From a virus (lineage: Duplodnaviria > Caudoviricetes): a stretch of 54,283 nt of DNA. The stretch covers positions 1 through 54,283 of IMG/VR virus record IMGVR_UViG_3300045922_000602; one strand, 5' to 3'. The notes under the pieces were generated by a model. That model saw only the letters and a program-made list of their open reading frames with translations, did no database searches and was not told the DNA's origin. Each line of letters begins with the position of its first letter. The first letter of the stretch is position 1. A program made the position numbers and the translations under genes. This document shows, piece by piece, positions 46,237-54,283 of the stretch.

Positions 46237-46547
46237 AAAACTACTGCTCACACTGTGGTTATCCCTACACGCCTTGCGATGAATGCCACAACCTCAATGA
46301 TATCGCTCGTGTGTGGCCCCAACGCGGCGGGTGGTACATCAAAGGATACGGCTGGCTAGCCGAGATGCAGCGCACCATAGACTACCTCCGCTATGTGGGC
46401 TTCACACTATTAGGTGATCGCCCCGTACCCAAGGATGCACAGGTTATTTATGGCCCTACAGGTGAATATGCCGCCCTAAATAACCGAAGAAAAAGATATC
46501 GTATCGGAAAATGGATCCGAATTAATCACAAAATGAAAGGAGAATAA
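46233..46547 (+). CDS. Hypothetical protein with N-terminal Zn ribbon, paralogue of 40950..41234
   Basis: CSHC...CDEC followed by the shared motifs. Confidence 0.75.
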   Translation: MKNYCSHCGYPYTPCDECHNLNDIARVWPQRGGWYIKGYGWLAEMQRTIDYLRYVGFTLLGDRPVPKDAQVIYGPTGEYAALNNRRKRYRIGKWIRINHKMKGE

Positions 46548-46548
46548 A

Positions 46549-46761
46549 ATGTGTCAATGCACCGTAACAACTGACGACCGCGTTCGTCTCCGCGACGCAG
46601 AGTATGAGTTTATAAAAGAGACGAAACATCTCGAAAAATACGCAGCGTTACTCCCCTATAAAACATGGGGGCTTTGCCCGGAACATGATGGACGGCTGCG
46701 CGGACTGGCGATTGGTTGGGTCCAAGAAAGGAGAAAACAAAATGCCGCGAAGGAGGAATGA
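46549..46761 (+). CDS. Hypothetical protein
   Basis: AAGGAG RBS; C.C and CPEH motifs. Confidence 0.7.
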   Translation: MCQCTVTTDDRVRLRDAEYEFIKETKHLEKYAALLPYKTWGLCPEHDGRLRGLAIGWVQERRKQNAAKEE

Positions 46762-47875
46762 ACCCAACACGTCTGAACCCAACACAAGGGTGGAAGCCCC
46801 GGCAATCCCGGTTGATGAGGTACTCGCGGGATTGCTGGAATACAAACCGAAAAGTGGCCAAAAACTATGGCCATGGCTGGTAGGACCCACGGGTTCGGGG
46901 AAAACAACCCGCGTGCACGAATATGCGCGGCGGCGTGGTCTGCCAGTGATCGCTGTACACCTGCACAGCATGCTCACCGAAGAGATACTCGGTATCCCAG
47001 AGATCCGGGACAACCGGACAATCTGGACCCTGCCTGATTGGGCTACTGATCGGCCCGCAATCATCTTCTTCGATGAGGTCGACAAAGCGCCAATGGAGCG
47101 CCTGGGCGTGGTCATGACCACACTCGCCGAACTCCGCGTGCGCAACCGCCCTCTCCACCCCGACACGCTGATGATCCTCGCATCCCAACCGGTGGATCCG
47201 GGCTGGGTGGAGGATGAGACGGGTGCGGCCATCCGAGCACGTACGGTTCCACTGGCAGTGTCGTATGACTGGCAGCGGCTGGAGCAAATGTTCCCCCCAA
47301 TCAACCTTGGCTTCTTGCCCGCCGACGTACCCCAAATACCGGCACTGCCGAAACCATCGGCACGGCAGGTAGAATACTGTCTTGGCGTACTCTACGGCCC
47401 CTTTTCCGAAGAGCACGCGAAGCTCATCACACATTCCGTATTGGGAACGACTTGGGCAGAGAGACTCCTTCAACAAATGGAGCAGGTCATCAATCCCGAA
47501 AATGTAGTAAAGGGATTGCTGCAACGACCGGAACGCACGAAGACTATGCCCACAGCCGTGTTATCAAAGATTATGGACAAAGTCCTGATTCACGGCAACG
47601 GGCAGCTTCTACACGACACATTCGTCCGTGTGATTGCTGAATCGTCGCCGGACGCCGCGCAGGAAGCGATCAAACAAATGCTGTCACGAGCGCGGGACGC
47701 CGTTCTCGCCGCCGGTGGCGAAATGCAATTCCTGCAAGGCGAACCGGATTTCGATCAGGATAAGTGGCTAAACTTAGTCAACAGCATCGCCGCCGAACTG
47801 GGTTCCCGCTGGTCGGGTCAGCCGATCCAACCACGCAAACTGAAGAGCGCCAGCACACAAGAGGGGCATCCATGA
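46742..47875 (+). CDS. MoxR-like AAA+ ATPase
   Basis: Walker A GPTGSGKTT, Walker B FFDEVDKA; paired with the VWA gene; AAGGAG RBS. Confidence 0.82.
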   Translation: MPRRRNEPNTSEPNTRVEAPAIPVDEVLAGLLEYKPKSGQKLWPWLVGPTGSGKTTRVHEYARRRGLPVIAVHLHSMLTEEILGIPEIRDNRTIWTLPDWATDRPAIIFFDEVDKAPMERLGVVMTTLAELRVRNRPLHPDTLMILASQPVDPGWVEDETGAAIRARTVPLAVSYDWQRLEQMFPPINLGFLPADVPQIPALPKPSARQVEYCLGVLYGPFSEEHAKLITHSVLGTTWAERLLQQMEQVINPENVVKGLLQRPERTKTMPTAVLSKIMDKVLIHGNGQLLHDTFVRVIAESSPDAAQEAIKQMLSRARDAVLAAGGEMQFLQGEPDFDQDKWLNLVNSIAAELGSRWSGQPIQPRKLKSASTQEGHP

Positions 47876-49035
47876 CAAGACTGGAAATGGAAATGCTCCT
47901 GCTCAACACGGGCATTCAGATTGAAAAGCTCAAGTCCTGTGCACACCGTGCACGCACAGTCCTCGAAAACGGGAGATTTGTCATCCACCTTCACGAAGAT
48001 TGGTGGAACAAACTCCCGGAAGTCTACCAAGTAGAGGTATTGTGCCACGAACTCCTGCACATCCTACGCGGCGACTTCCTGCGACTCCCCCACATAAAAG
48101 ATGAGGAGGACCGAATATACTACAAATATGCTGCCGACGCTCTAATCAACCAGAACCTCCCGATCATCCGGATGTATGAGCCGGATGCTTGGGTTTACGA
48201 GCGTCTCTATCACACGCATGGCGATGACTCATGGCCCTCGCCAGAGCGCCTTCCCAGCACGCAGTGGCTGATGAAGAAACTCCGCGAATTAGAGCAAAAC
48301 CAAACCAAATGTGAGGACGGATGTTGTGATACAATGCGGCATCCTCCGCAGTCCACGCCCGGTGACATCGACGCGGCCACAGCAGAAGCTCTCGGGCGAG
48401 CGGTGGAGCAACTGCGCGAACAGTTTGCAAACGACCCGCTCGCCAAACGAATCCTGCAAGCAAGCACCAGCTTTGCTGCGGGCCGCGAATCATTACATGA
48501 GGTACTGACTGTCGAGCCATCCTGGATCGACACCGCGCTCCTCGAACGCATTCTGCAGCGTATGTTACGAAGCGCCCCACACGCACCGGGGGCGAAAGTC
48601 AAACGGCGAAGCTACCGTCGCCGCCATGGCATCTTCCCGATCAGTATACCGATGCCGACAGCGTCCTGTATTCTCGCGGTGGACGTATCGGGGTCGATGC
48701 ACAACTATTACCCACAGCTCCAGTGGTTGAAATCACGACTTGCACGTGAATTCCAGGCTGAGATCTGGCACTGGAGTGATAACGCCATACGGGTGAAGAA
48801 CCTCCACACCGCGCCCTGGTTCGGGGGCACGGACATCCGCCCATTGCTCCAGAAAATCCCTAAACGTGGCCCAGCTGCGCTCGTCGTCGCAACAGACGGC
48901 TACATCTCACCGCCCCCCAAGGCAGAATGGTTACCTACTTACCCCGTGGTATGGTATATGATTACAGACAAAAAAGTACCAATTCGACCCAATGACTTAC
49001 TCCTGAGGGTAAGACCATGCATGAAGAACAATTGA
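47872..49035 (+). CDS. Metallopeptidase-like plus VWA domain protein (DUF2201-like)
   Basis: HELLH...AAD..IN motif; MIDAS DVSGSM, GGTD and TDG. Confidence 0.85.
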   Translation: MTRLEMEMLLLNTGIQIEKLKSCAHRARTVLENGRFVIHLHEDWWNKLPEVYQVEVLCHELLHILRGDFLRLPHIKDEEDRIYYKYAADALINQNLPIIRMYEPDAWVYERLYHTHGDDSWPSPERLPSTQWLMKKLRELEQNQTKCEDGCCDTMRHPPQSTPGDIDAATAEALGRAVEQLREQFANDPLAKRILQASTSFAAGRESLHEVLTVEPSWIDTALLERILQRMLRSAPHAPGAKVKRRSYRRRHGIFPISIPMPTASCILAVDVSGSMHNYYPQLQWLKSRLAREFQAEIWHWSDNAIRVKNLHTAPWFGGTDIRPLLQKIPKRGPAALVVATDGYISPPPKAEWLPTYPVVWYMITDKKVPIRPNDLLLRVRPCMKNN

Positions 49036-49508
49036 TTAATAAATGTTTAAACGGTGAGCAGGCTGCATACTATGACTTGGTGCGTTACCTACAACCCGTA
49101 GCGGCCCGTATCGTACACAGTCGACTGCCGGCAGAGGCGGACCGTCAGGACGCCATACAAGAAACCTTAGTACGTGCTTGTCTACACCTCAATTGCTTTC
49201 GGGGCAAATCCCTCAAAGCTTGGGTGGCAGCAATTGCACGTAACTATTGTTGTGAGTATTATCGACGAAGACATGACACTATCACTTACGTGGACGAATT
49301 GCCTGACCTACCTGATAACAGTATGTTGCGGGCAGCTCACGCGAACTGGGAACTGTCCGCGTTGCAGCAGCTCGCTGGCGATGACTGGGCTGTCCTCAAG
49401 GCCTACGCCGAACACGGCCCTAAAGTGGCGGAGGCACTAGGCATACCACACAAAACAATCAGGGTGAGAATATGCCGAATTCGCACACGACTCCGAAATG
49501 GGAGGTGA
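49017..49508 (+). CDS. ECF-type RNA polymerase sigma factor
   Basis: Region 2 D..QE...F.G.S..AW...IARN; region 4 VAEALGI...TIRVRI.R.R..LR. Confidence 0.85.
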   Translation: MHEEQLINKCLNGEQAAYYDLVRYLQPVAARIVHSRLPAEADRQDAIQETLVRACLHLNCFRGKSLKAWVAAIARNYCCEYYRRRHDTITYVDELPDLPDNSMLRAAHANWELSALQQLAGDDWAVLKAYAEHGPKVAEALGIPHKTIRVRICRIRTRLRNGR

Positions 49509-49509
49509 C

Positions 49510-49782
49510 ATGCTCAAGAAGATACAAAAACAAGTGTCCGAATATGGTTGGTCTGAAGAGACTCTGCGTTCCTTCGCGGCGCACTTGCACACAATCGCCT
49601 CCGGATTGTGCCAAGACACGGCACTAGCGAAGGAGGCGGTAGAGGACCTAACCAGTACACTGGCCCTATCATTGATACGGATGCACAATCCATCGGCAGT
49701 GTGCAGGGCCGCGCTGCGACGGCGTATCGCGCATTTGCGTGCACGCCGTAACAAGATAGTCAACTTGGAGGACGAGCGGTGA
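49510..49782 (+). CDS. Small protein resembling sigma region 2
   Basis: GGAGG RBS; A.EAVEDL...L...R.RI...R.R helical pattern. Confidence 0.45.
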   Translation: MLKKIQKQVSEYGWSEETLRSFAAHLHTIASGLCQDTALAKEAVEDLTSTLALSLIRMHNPSAVCRAALRRRIAHLRARRNKIVNLEDER

Positions 49783-50135
49783 ATCCGAAAGACAAAATTG
49801 GACGACAGAAACCACAACTACACTTACTACCTCCACGCGCACTAGTCGACTGTGCAAGGGCGCTTGAAGATGGCGCGCGGAAGTATGGCGAATGGAACTG
49901 GCGCAGCACACGGGTTGCCGCGACAGTCTACCTATCAGCCGCGATGCGCCACATGATGGCATATCTGGATGGCGAATTCTATGACCCCGATTCGGGCCAC
50001 CCGCACCTAGGGCATGCCATGGCCTCGATGGCCATCCTGCTCGATGCACACGCAGGGGGATGGATTATTGATGACCGCCCTCGGGTCAAAGGAACAGGCC
50101 CAAAGGCGATCCGAGAAAGGAGAAAGAAGAAATGA
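49779..50135 (+). CDS. dATP/dGTP diphosphohydrolase-like protein (DUF5664)
   Basis: K...LLP...GA.KYG.WNW...Y.SA..RH...GE..D.DSG..HL.HA motif. Confidence 0.85.
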   Translation: MNPKDKIGRQKPQLHLLPPRALVDCARALEDGARKYGEWNWRSTRVAATVYLSAAMRHMMAYLDGEFYDPDSGHPHLGHAMASMAILLDAHAGGWIIDDRPRVKGTGPKAIRERRKKK

Positions 50136-50656
50136 AGTTACTCCCATTACTGCTATCACTTACAACACCCGCCTTGGGTGCGGATAAGATGATCGCGGCG
50201 AATTTTGCTGCGGACCTCAAGGGCGATCCAGACACGCGAGAAGGAACATGGGGGCGTGCGGCAGCCCACATTTGGCGGATGGAATTTCGCAACGTACCAC
50301 CGGGAAAGCGCGTGCGGATCAAACGTGTGTATGGTGACTTCGTTGCCTGGGCCAGGGGCAACCCTCCGCCGAATTCACACGCGGGGGTCCTGTTCGGCCT
50401 GCAGCGGACGGACGTTGGAGGGTCACCGGACGTATGGCCCGCCGCTGAAGGTTGCGTGCTGTACCTACAGCACGCTGTTGTAGGGAGCCAAGTCGCGCGC
50501 CTCGACTTCGACTATCGTGACCTCAGCTTCGTCCTCGCTGATGACCACATCCTCGAAGTTAAGGTGGCCGTGTGGCTCAATGACACAGAAGAGGAAATCC
50601 ATATGGAACCCACCTTCGTGCTATACTATGACTATATCGACGCGGGGGACAAATGA
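50132..50656 (+). CDS. Secreted hypothetical protein
   Basis: MKLLPLLLSLTTPALG-A signal-peptide-like start; beta-rich body. Confidence 0.65.
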   Translation: MKLLPLLLSLTTPALGADKMIAANFAADLKGDPDTREGTWGRAAAHIWRMEFRNVPPGKRVRIKRVYGDFVAWARGNPPPNSHAGVLFGLQRTDVGGSPDVWPAAEGCVLYLQHAVVGSQVARLDFDYRDLSFVLADDHILEVKVAVWLNDTEEEIHMEPTFVLYYDYIDAGDK

Positions 50657-51090
50657 AAGCCCATGAGAGATTCTACCGCCTCCTCGTCCAATTTCTCAAG
50701 CCGATCATAGCGCCAGAATACGACATCGATATTGCAGAAGCGACCGCAGAAGACGGACTCGATGAGAGTCTTGATGCGGTCGTTTCTGTTAATACCACCT
50801 ATCTTTTCGCCAATATCAGAATGCACCCGAATCTACAAAAACAATTTCGCGCGGGAATGTATCGCTACATCGGTGAGGTCGTGGTGCACGAAATGGCGCA
50901 CATCCTAACATGGGAACTCCTCGAAACAAGCGAGCAACTCGCACGCGATGACCAAGCACAGCAGCACACGCAAAACATATATGAGCGGACAACACAGCGT
51001 ATCACCAACTCATTGATGCGGCTCTTGGGCGATGGGTGGGCGGACAAAATCGCCGCCGAAGCAAAAACACGAAGGAGGTTGAAAGTATGA
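50653..51090 (+). CDS. HExxH metallopeptidase-like protein
   Basis: VVHEMAH motif with a downstream E. Confidence 0.6.
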   Translation: MKAHERFYRLLVQFLKPIIAPEYDIDIAEATAEDGLDESLDAVVSVNTTYLFANIRMHPNLQKQFRAGMYRYIGEVVVHEMAHILTWELLETSEQLARDDQAQQHTQNIYERTTQRITNSLMRLLGDGWADKIAAEAKTRRRLKV

Positions 51091-53192
51091 TGGTAAATGA
51101 AAAGAATATTCCAGAGCGCTTGAAGCAGGAAAAGCGCTGGGTGCTGTGGAAACCAGAGGTTCGTAGCGAGAAGCCGACCAAGGTACCCGTCGCGCCGAAC
51201 GGCTGCTACATCAACGCTACAGATTCGACTAATTGGCTTACGTTTGACGATGCCGTACGATATGCACGCGAACGTGGATGGGGCGTCGGTTTCGCCCTCG
51301 GTGACGGCTACGTTGGCATCGACATCGATAGGTGCTACGTCGATGATGAACGCGGTCACAAGGTGTTGACGCCACTAGCGGATCATGTCGCGCGCAGCCT
51401 GCAGAGCTACACGGAGAGGTCTCCGAGCGGCGAGGGTATCCACATAATCGTATGGGCCGGGCGTGATATTGCCATCAACCGTGTGGGGCCCGTTGAGGTC
51501 TACACGCGGGGGAGGTTCTTCACTATCACGGGTGATGCGGCGACCGGATCTGGAGTCAATGATGCCACGCAGGGACTCGCGTGGCTCGAACATCAACTGA
51601 CACAATGGAGGATGATTCTGCAACACGTCCGGCGGAAGCGTAGGGAGTTCATTGATGCGGCGGATCCATACTCGCGGTACAGCAGCCCAAGCGAAGCTGA
51701 TATGGCGCTCGCCGGTGAGGTAGTCCGCAAGCTAGCCGATCTGGGCGCTCCTCATCAAACGATAGAGGCCGAAGCAATGATGGCAATGTGGTTATTCCCA
51801 AAGATGTGTCGGGGGAAGTGGTTGCGTACGGACTACCTGCGCGACACGATCAAAAAGGCCATCGAGGGCCTCGAAGAACAGAAGAAGGAACACAACACAG
51901 AGAAGAAGAAGAAGCTGATTGGGGCCGACATACTGGAACTGCTGCGCTCCGACGACTTCCCTGTCGACGTCCGGACCAACATCTTGGGGCGAATCGGCGA
52001 GTGTTATCTGGACGGGTCCTGGATGCAAGACGCATGGGAGAGGGCTTCTGTTGAAATAGAGAACCAGTTGCGGAAACGCGGCTTTCAGTCCACATACCAG
52101 GCTATTGAGAAAGCGATCGGTGCCCGCGTTGAGGAGAACGTGTACAACCCGATGAAGGAATGGCTCGAGGGCTTGAGCTGGGACGGAACGCCGCGTATGG
52201 AGAGGTGGCTGATTGATTTCTTCGGCGTGGAGGACACGCTGCTGGCACGGGAGGCCGCCAAACGGTTCTTGATCGGGGCTGTTGCACGCGCATTGGAGCC
52301 TGGCTGCCAAATGGATTGGATGTTAGTGCTGTATGGGCCCCAAGGCATTGGGAAGTCCTCCGGAATCAGAACGCTATTCGGCAAAGAATGGACGACCAGT
52401 TGGTCTTTCGACAGTGGAGCAAGTAAGAGGGATAATTTGCTGGCCCTTTACACCGGCTGGTGCGCCGAAGTCGCGGAGTTGGCCGGTATGGATAAGAGAG
52501 ACAGCAAAGAGATGAGGGACCTCATTTCCGCGCTAGAAGACCCGCTCCGAAGACCATACGGGCGCGGAAGCAGCAAGTATCCCCGCCACACCGTATTAAT
52601 TGGTACGACCAATGACAGTGAGATCCTCCGCGACGAGACCGGCAACCGCCGATTCATAATTATGGCATGTGGTGCACCCCAAGTAGACCTCAGCAAGATG
52701 CAAGCTGCACGCGAACAGCTTTGGGCCGAGGCCCTGCACGCATACCGGCGCGAGTGGAAATGGTGGTGGGATCTAGACGATCTCACGGACCTGCGCAGAC
52801 AGATTGCGGAGATGCACCGCCGGTTCGAAAGGCCGCTACACAAGGAGGAGGCAATTAGGTCGTTCTGCATGAACCCTGCTGCATACGCACTATACGCGGC
52901 GGGGACCCGGATTGAGGAAACGGCGAAGAGGTGCGTTCCGGGGTTCGTGAACACAGGAGTAATCGCCGACATCGAGCGTATGTCGCGGTACGAGGTCGCG
53001 AGGGTATTGCGGAAAATGGGCTACGAGCAAACACGTATCAACAATGAGCGCTTCTGGTACGATCCCGCTGTGTACCTCCACCTGAAGGACAGCTATTCGA
53101 GCTGGGACCAACTTTTGGAGGATCGCGCCAAATCAGTCAATAAACTACAGTTAACACCGCCGGATGAACTACAGTCGGAGGAACTAAAGTGA
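51087..53192 (+). CDS. Primase (AEP/prim-pol) fused to VapE/VirE-type helicase
   Basis: W..W...K.P, GIDID, E.SPSG.G.H and E.Y...RF.T.TG; SEAD.AL; WDG..R, Walker A GPQGIGKS, RRPYGR, GTTN...L.DETGNRRF. Confidence 0.92.
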   Translation: MMVNEKNIPERLKQEKRWVLWKPEVRSEKPTKVPVAPNGCYINATDSTNWLTFDDAVRYARERGWGVGFALGDGYVGIDIDRCYVDDERGHKVLTPLADHVARSLQSYTERSPSGEGIHIIVWAGRDIAINRVGPVEVYTRGRFFTITGDAATGSGVNDATQGLAWLEHQLTQWRMILQHVRRKRREFIDAADPYSRYSSPSEADMALAGEVVRKLADLGAPHQTIEAEAMMAMWLFPKMCRGKWLRTDYLRDTIKKAIEGLEEQKKEHNTEKKKKLIGADILELLRSDDFPVDVRTNILGRIGECYLDGSWMQDAWERASVEIENQLRKRGFQSTYQAIEKAIGARVEENVYNPMKEWLEGLSWDGTPRMERWLIDFFGVEDTLLAREAAKRFLIGAVARALEPGCQMDWMLVLYGPQGIGKSSGIRTLFGKEWTTSWSFDSGASKRDNLLALYTGWCAEVAELAGMDKRDSKEMRDLISALEDPLRRPYGRGSSKYPRHTVLIGTTNDSEILRDETGNRRFIIMACGAPQVDLSKMQAAREQLWAEALHAYRREWKWWWDLDDLTDLRRQIAEMHRRFERPLHKEEAIRSFCMNPAAYALYAAGTRIEETAKRCVPGFVNTGVIADIERMSRYEVARVLRKMGYEQTRINNERFWYDPAVYLHLKDSYSSWDQLLEDRAKSVNKLQLTPPDELQSEELK

Positions 53193-53194
53193 AA

Positions 53195-53415
53195 TTCTGC
53201 CATCTCAGCCAAGCGCATTTCAAAAAGTTCGGCAGAGCTAAGTATCTTATTTCTTATATCTATATACTACTCTGCCATACTTTCCATACATTTACATATA
53301 TAAAATAGAAGGAATAGGAGAATATAGGAAGGATGGTATATATATATGTATAGGTAGGGGAAATATATATATATATAGCGCGTATAGTGAATTCGTTGGC
53401 GGAGCCTGGCAGAGC
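53195..53415. other. Candidate replication origin
   Basis: AT/TA-dinucleotide-rich non-coding tract right after the primase-helicase, flanked by TCTGCCA / TGGCAGA-type inverted repeats. Confidence 0.45.
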
Positions 53416-53472
53416 GGAAGGCCGCGAGGTTTCCCCTTGCGTGCAACCCCAACCGCAGAAAGGAGGCCAAAC

Positions 53473-53778
53473 GTGCTATTTTTAAAGGCAGACCCCGTCC
53501 GTCCAGACATACTCTTTACCGTCCACAAGATACTGTGCCACCGTAACGGAGGTGGGCGCACATATACCAGAACAAAATACATCGGCCAAATAGACGAATG
53601 GGGCCTATATGCCAACATCCCCTTCAGTGTCAGTGTGTTACGCATCCCCCGCAGCGAACCAGGGGCCATCTACCGCCAGAAAAGTACGGGATTTGTAACG
53701 GCCCATTTTGATCGTTGCTTCTTCCTTGGTGAACGCGACCGCCCCCGCGTGCAACCCCCGACTGCAGAAAGGAACTGA
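53473..53778 (+). CDS. Small hypothetical protein, paralogue array
   Basis: AAGGAGG RBS, GTG start; IGQIDEWGLYA.IP...RSEP...DRC. Confidence 0.8.
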   Translation: MLFLKADPVRPDILFTVHKILCHRNGGGRTYTRTKYIGQIDEWGLYANIPFSVSVLRIPRSEPGAIYRQKSTGFVTAHFDRCFFLGERDRPRVQPPTAERN

Positions 53779-53780
53779 AC

Positions 53781-54038
53781 ATGCTCTTTCTAAAAATAGC
53801 TCCTGACTGGCGAGAAGTACTCTTTACCGCCAACAAAACACAATACATCGGCCAAGTAGATGAGCGAGGCCTGTACGCCTTCATCCCCCACCCTCTCAGC
53901 CCCTATGTGTTATCGATCCTCCGCAGCGAACCCGAAGGCATCAGCCACCAGAAAAGTATGGGGTTGGTAATGGCCCGTCCTGATCGCTGCTACATTCTCA
54001 ACATTCGTGGAGAGCCTCCTGATGGTACTGCCAGCTAA
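53781..54038 (+). CDS. Small hypothetical protein, paralogue array
   Basis: Tandem duplicate of 53473..53778 with a duplicated upstream leader (GCGTGCAACCCC...GCAGAAAGGA). Confidence 0.8.
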   Translation: MLFLKIAPDWREVLFTANKTQYIGQVDERGLYAFIPHPLSPYVLSILRSEPEGISHQKSMGLVMARPDRCYILNIRGEPPDGTAS

Positions 54039-54067
54039 AAAGTACCAAATGGTCACTACGGGCCCAA

Positions 54068-54146
54068 ATTTGCCCTATAACGCGTTTTCAGCAGTGGGTC
54101 GCTACCAGGTATTACCCACCACCCTCCGACGCGTCCTAGGGCAAAT
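54068..54146. other. Long intergenic stem-loop
   Basis: ATTTGCCCTA/TAGGGCAAAT, ACGCGT/ACGCGT and GTGGGT/ACCCAC nested stems. Confidence 0.55.
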
Positions 54147-54150
54147 ATGG

Positions 54151-54276
54151 CGCAAATTCGGCCATTCCCGTCTACGCCACAGTCCGGAGGATATGTTTAT
54201 GTTGTTCCTCAATGCTCCAGCAGCAGCTAATGGTCTACTCATCTACGACAAGGATCGTCATCCCTGCGGCAGTCTC
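54151..54276. repeat. Terminal direct repeat, copy 2
   Basis: Identical to 1-126; the last 7 bases of the window diverge from 127-133. Confidence 0.95.
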
Positions 54277-54283
54277 GCCCGGC

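Noticed and set aside
1-54283. tRNA/rRNA genes and IS elements
   Set aside because: No cloverleaf, rRNA-like or transposase sequence recognised by eye; tRNAscan-SE and ISEScan were not run.

Overview
The window is an apparently complete, circularly permuted tailed-phage genome of about 54,150 bp: bases 54151-54276 repeat bases 1-126. It looks podovirus-like. A minus-strand virion operon (8058-38110) encodes terminases, portal, scaffold, an N4-gp56-type capsid, adaptor/nozzle, tail and fibre proteins, holin, lysin and ejection proteins; no tape measure or sheath gene is evident. The plus strand encodes replication genes (UDG-PolA fusion, PD-(D/E)XK nuclease, AAA_24 protein, DUF669-like SSB, primase/VapE helicase), dUTPase, a MoxR/VWA pair and an ECF sigma factor. 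I recognise no complete integrase, ParA/ParB, reverse transcriptase, Cas operon or tRNA. The most unusual features are: (1) an early-region array (38.7-46 kb) of promoter-gene-terminator cassettes, most separated by a conserved dyad site with an 8-bp core, carrying six paralogous 26-aa 'RWPEAE' repeat proteins and showing signs of shuffling; (2) host-type parS-like and dif-like sites plus a catalytic-domain-less integrase fragment, suggesting a plasmid-like state that relies on host machinery; (3) a tandem array of about 12 highly diverged small paralogues across the junction; (4) three tandem tail-fibre-like paralogues with apparent Sec signal peptides, with a single-ring Clp ATPase a few genes downstream in the same operon. 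All calls come from reading motifs by eye; no database search was run. An Acidobacteriota host is a tentative inference from signal-peptide and dUTPase style.
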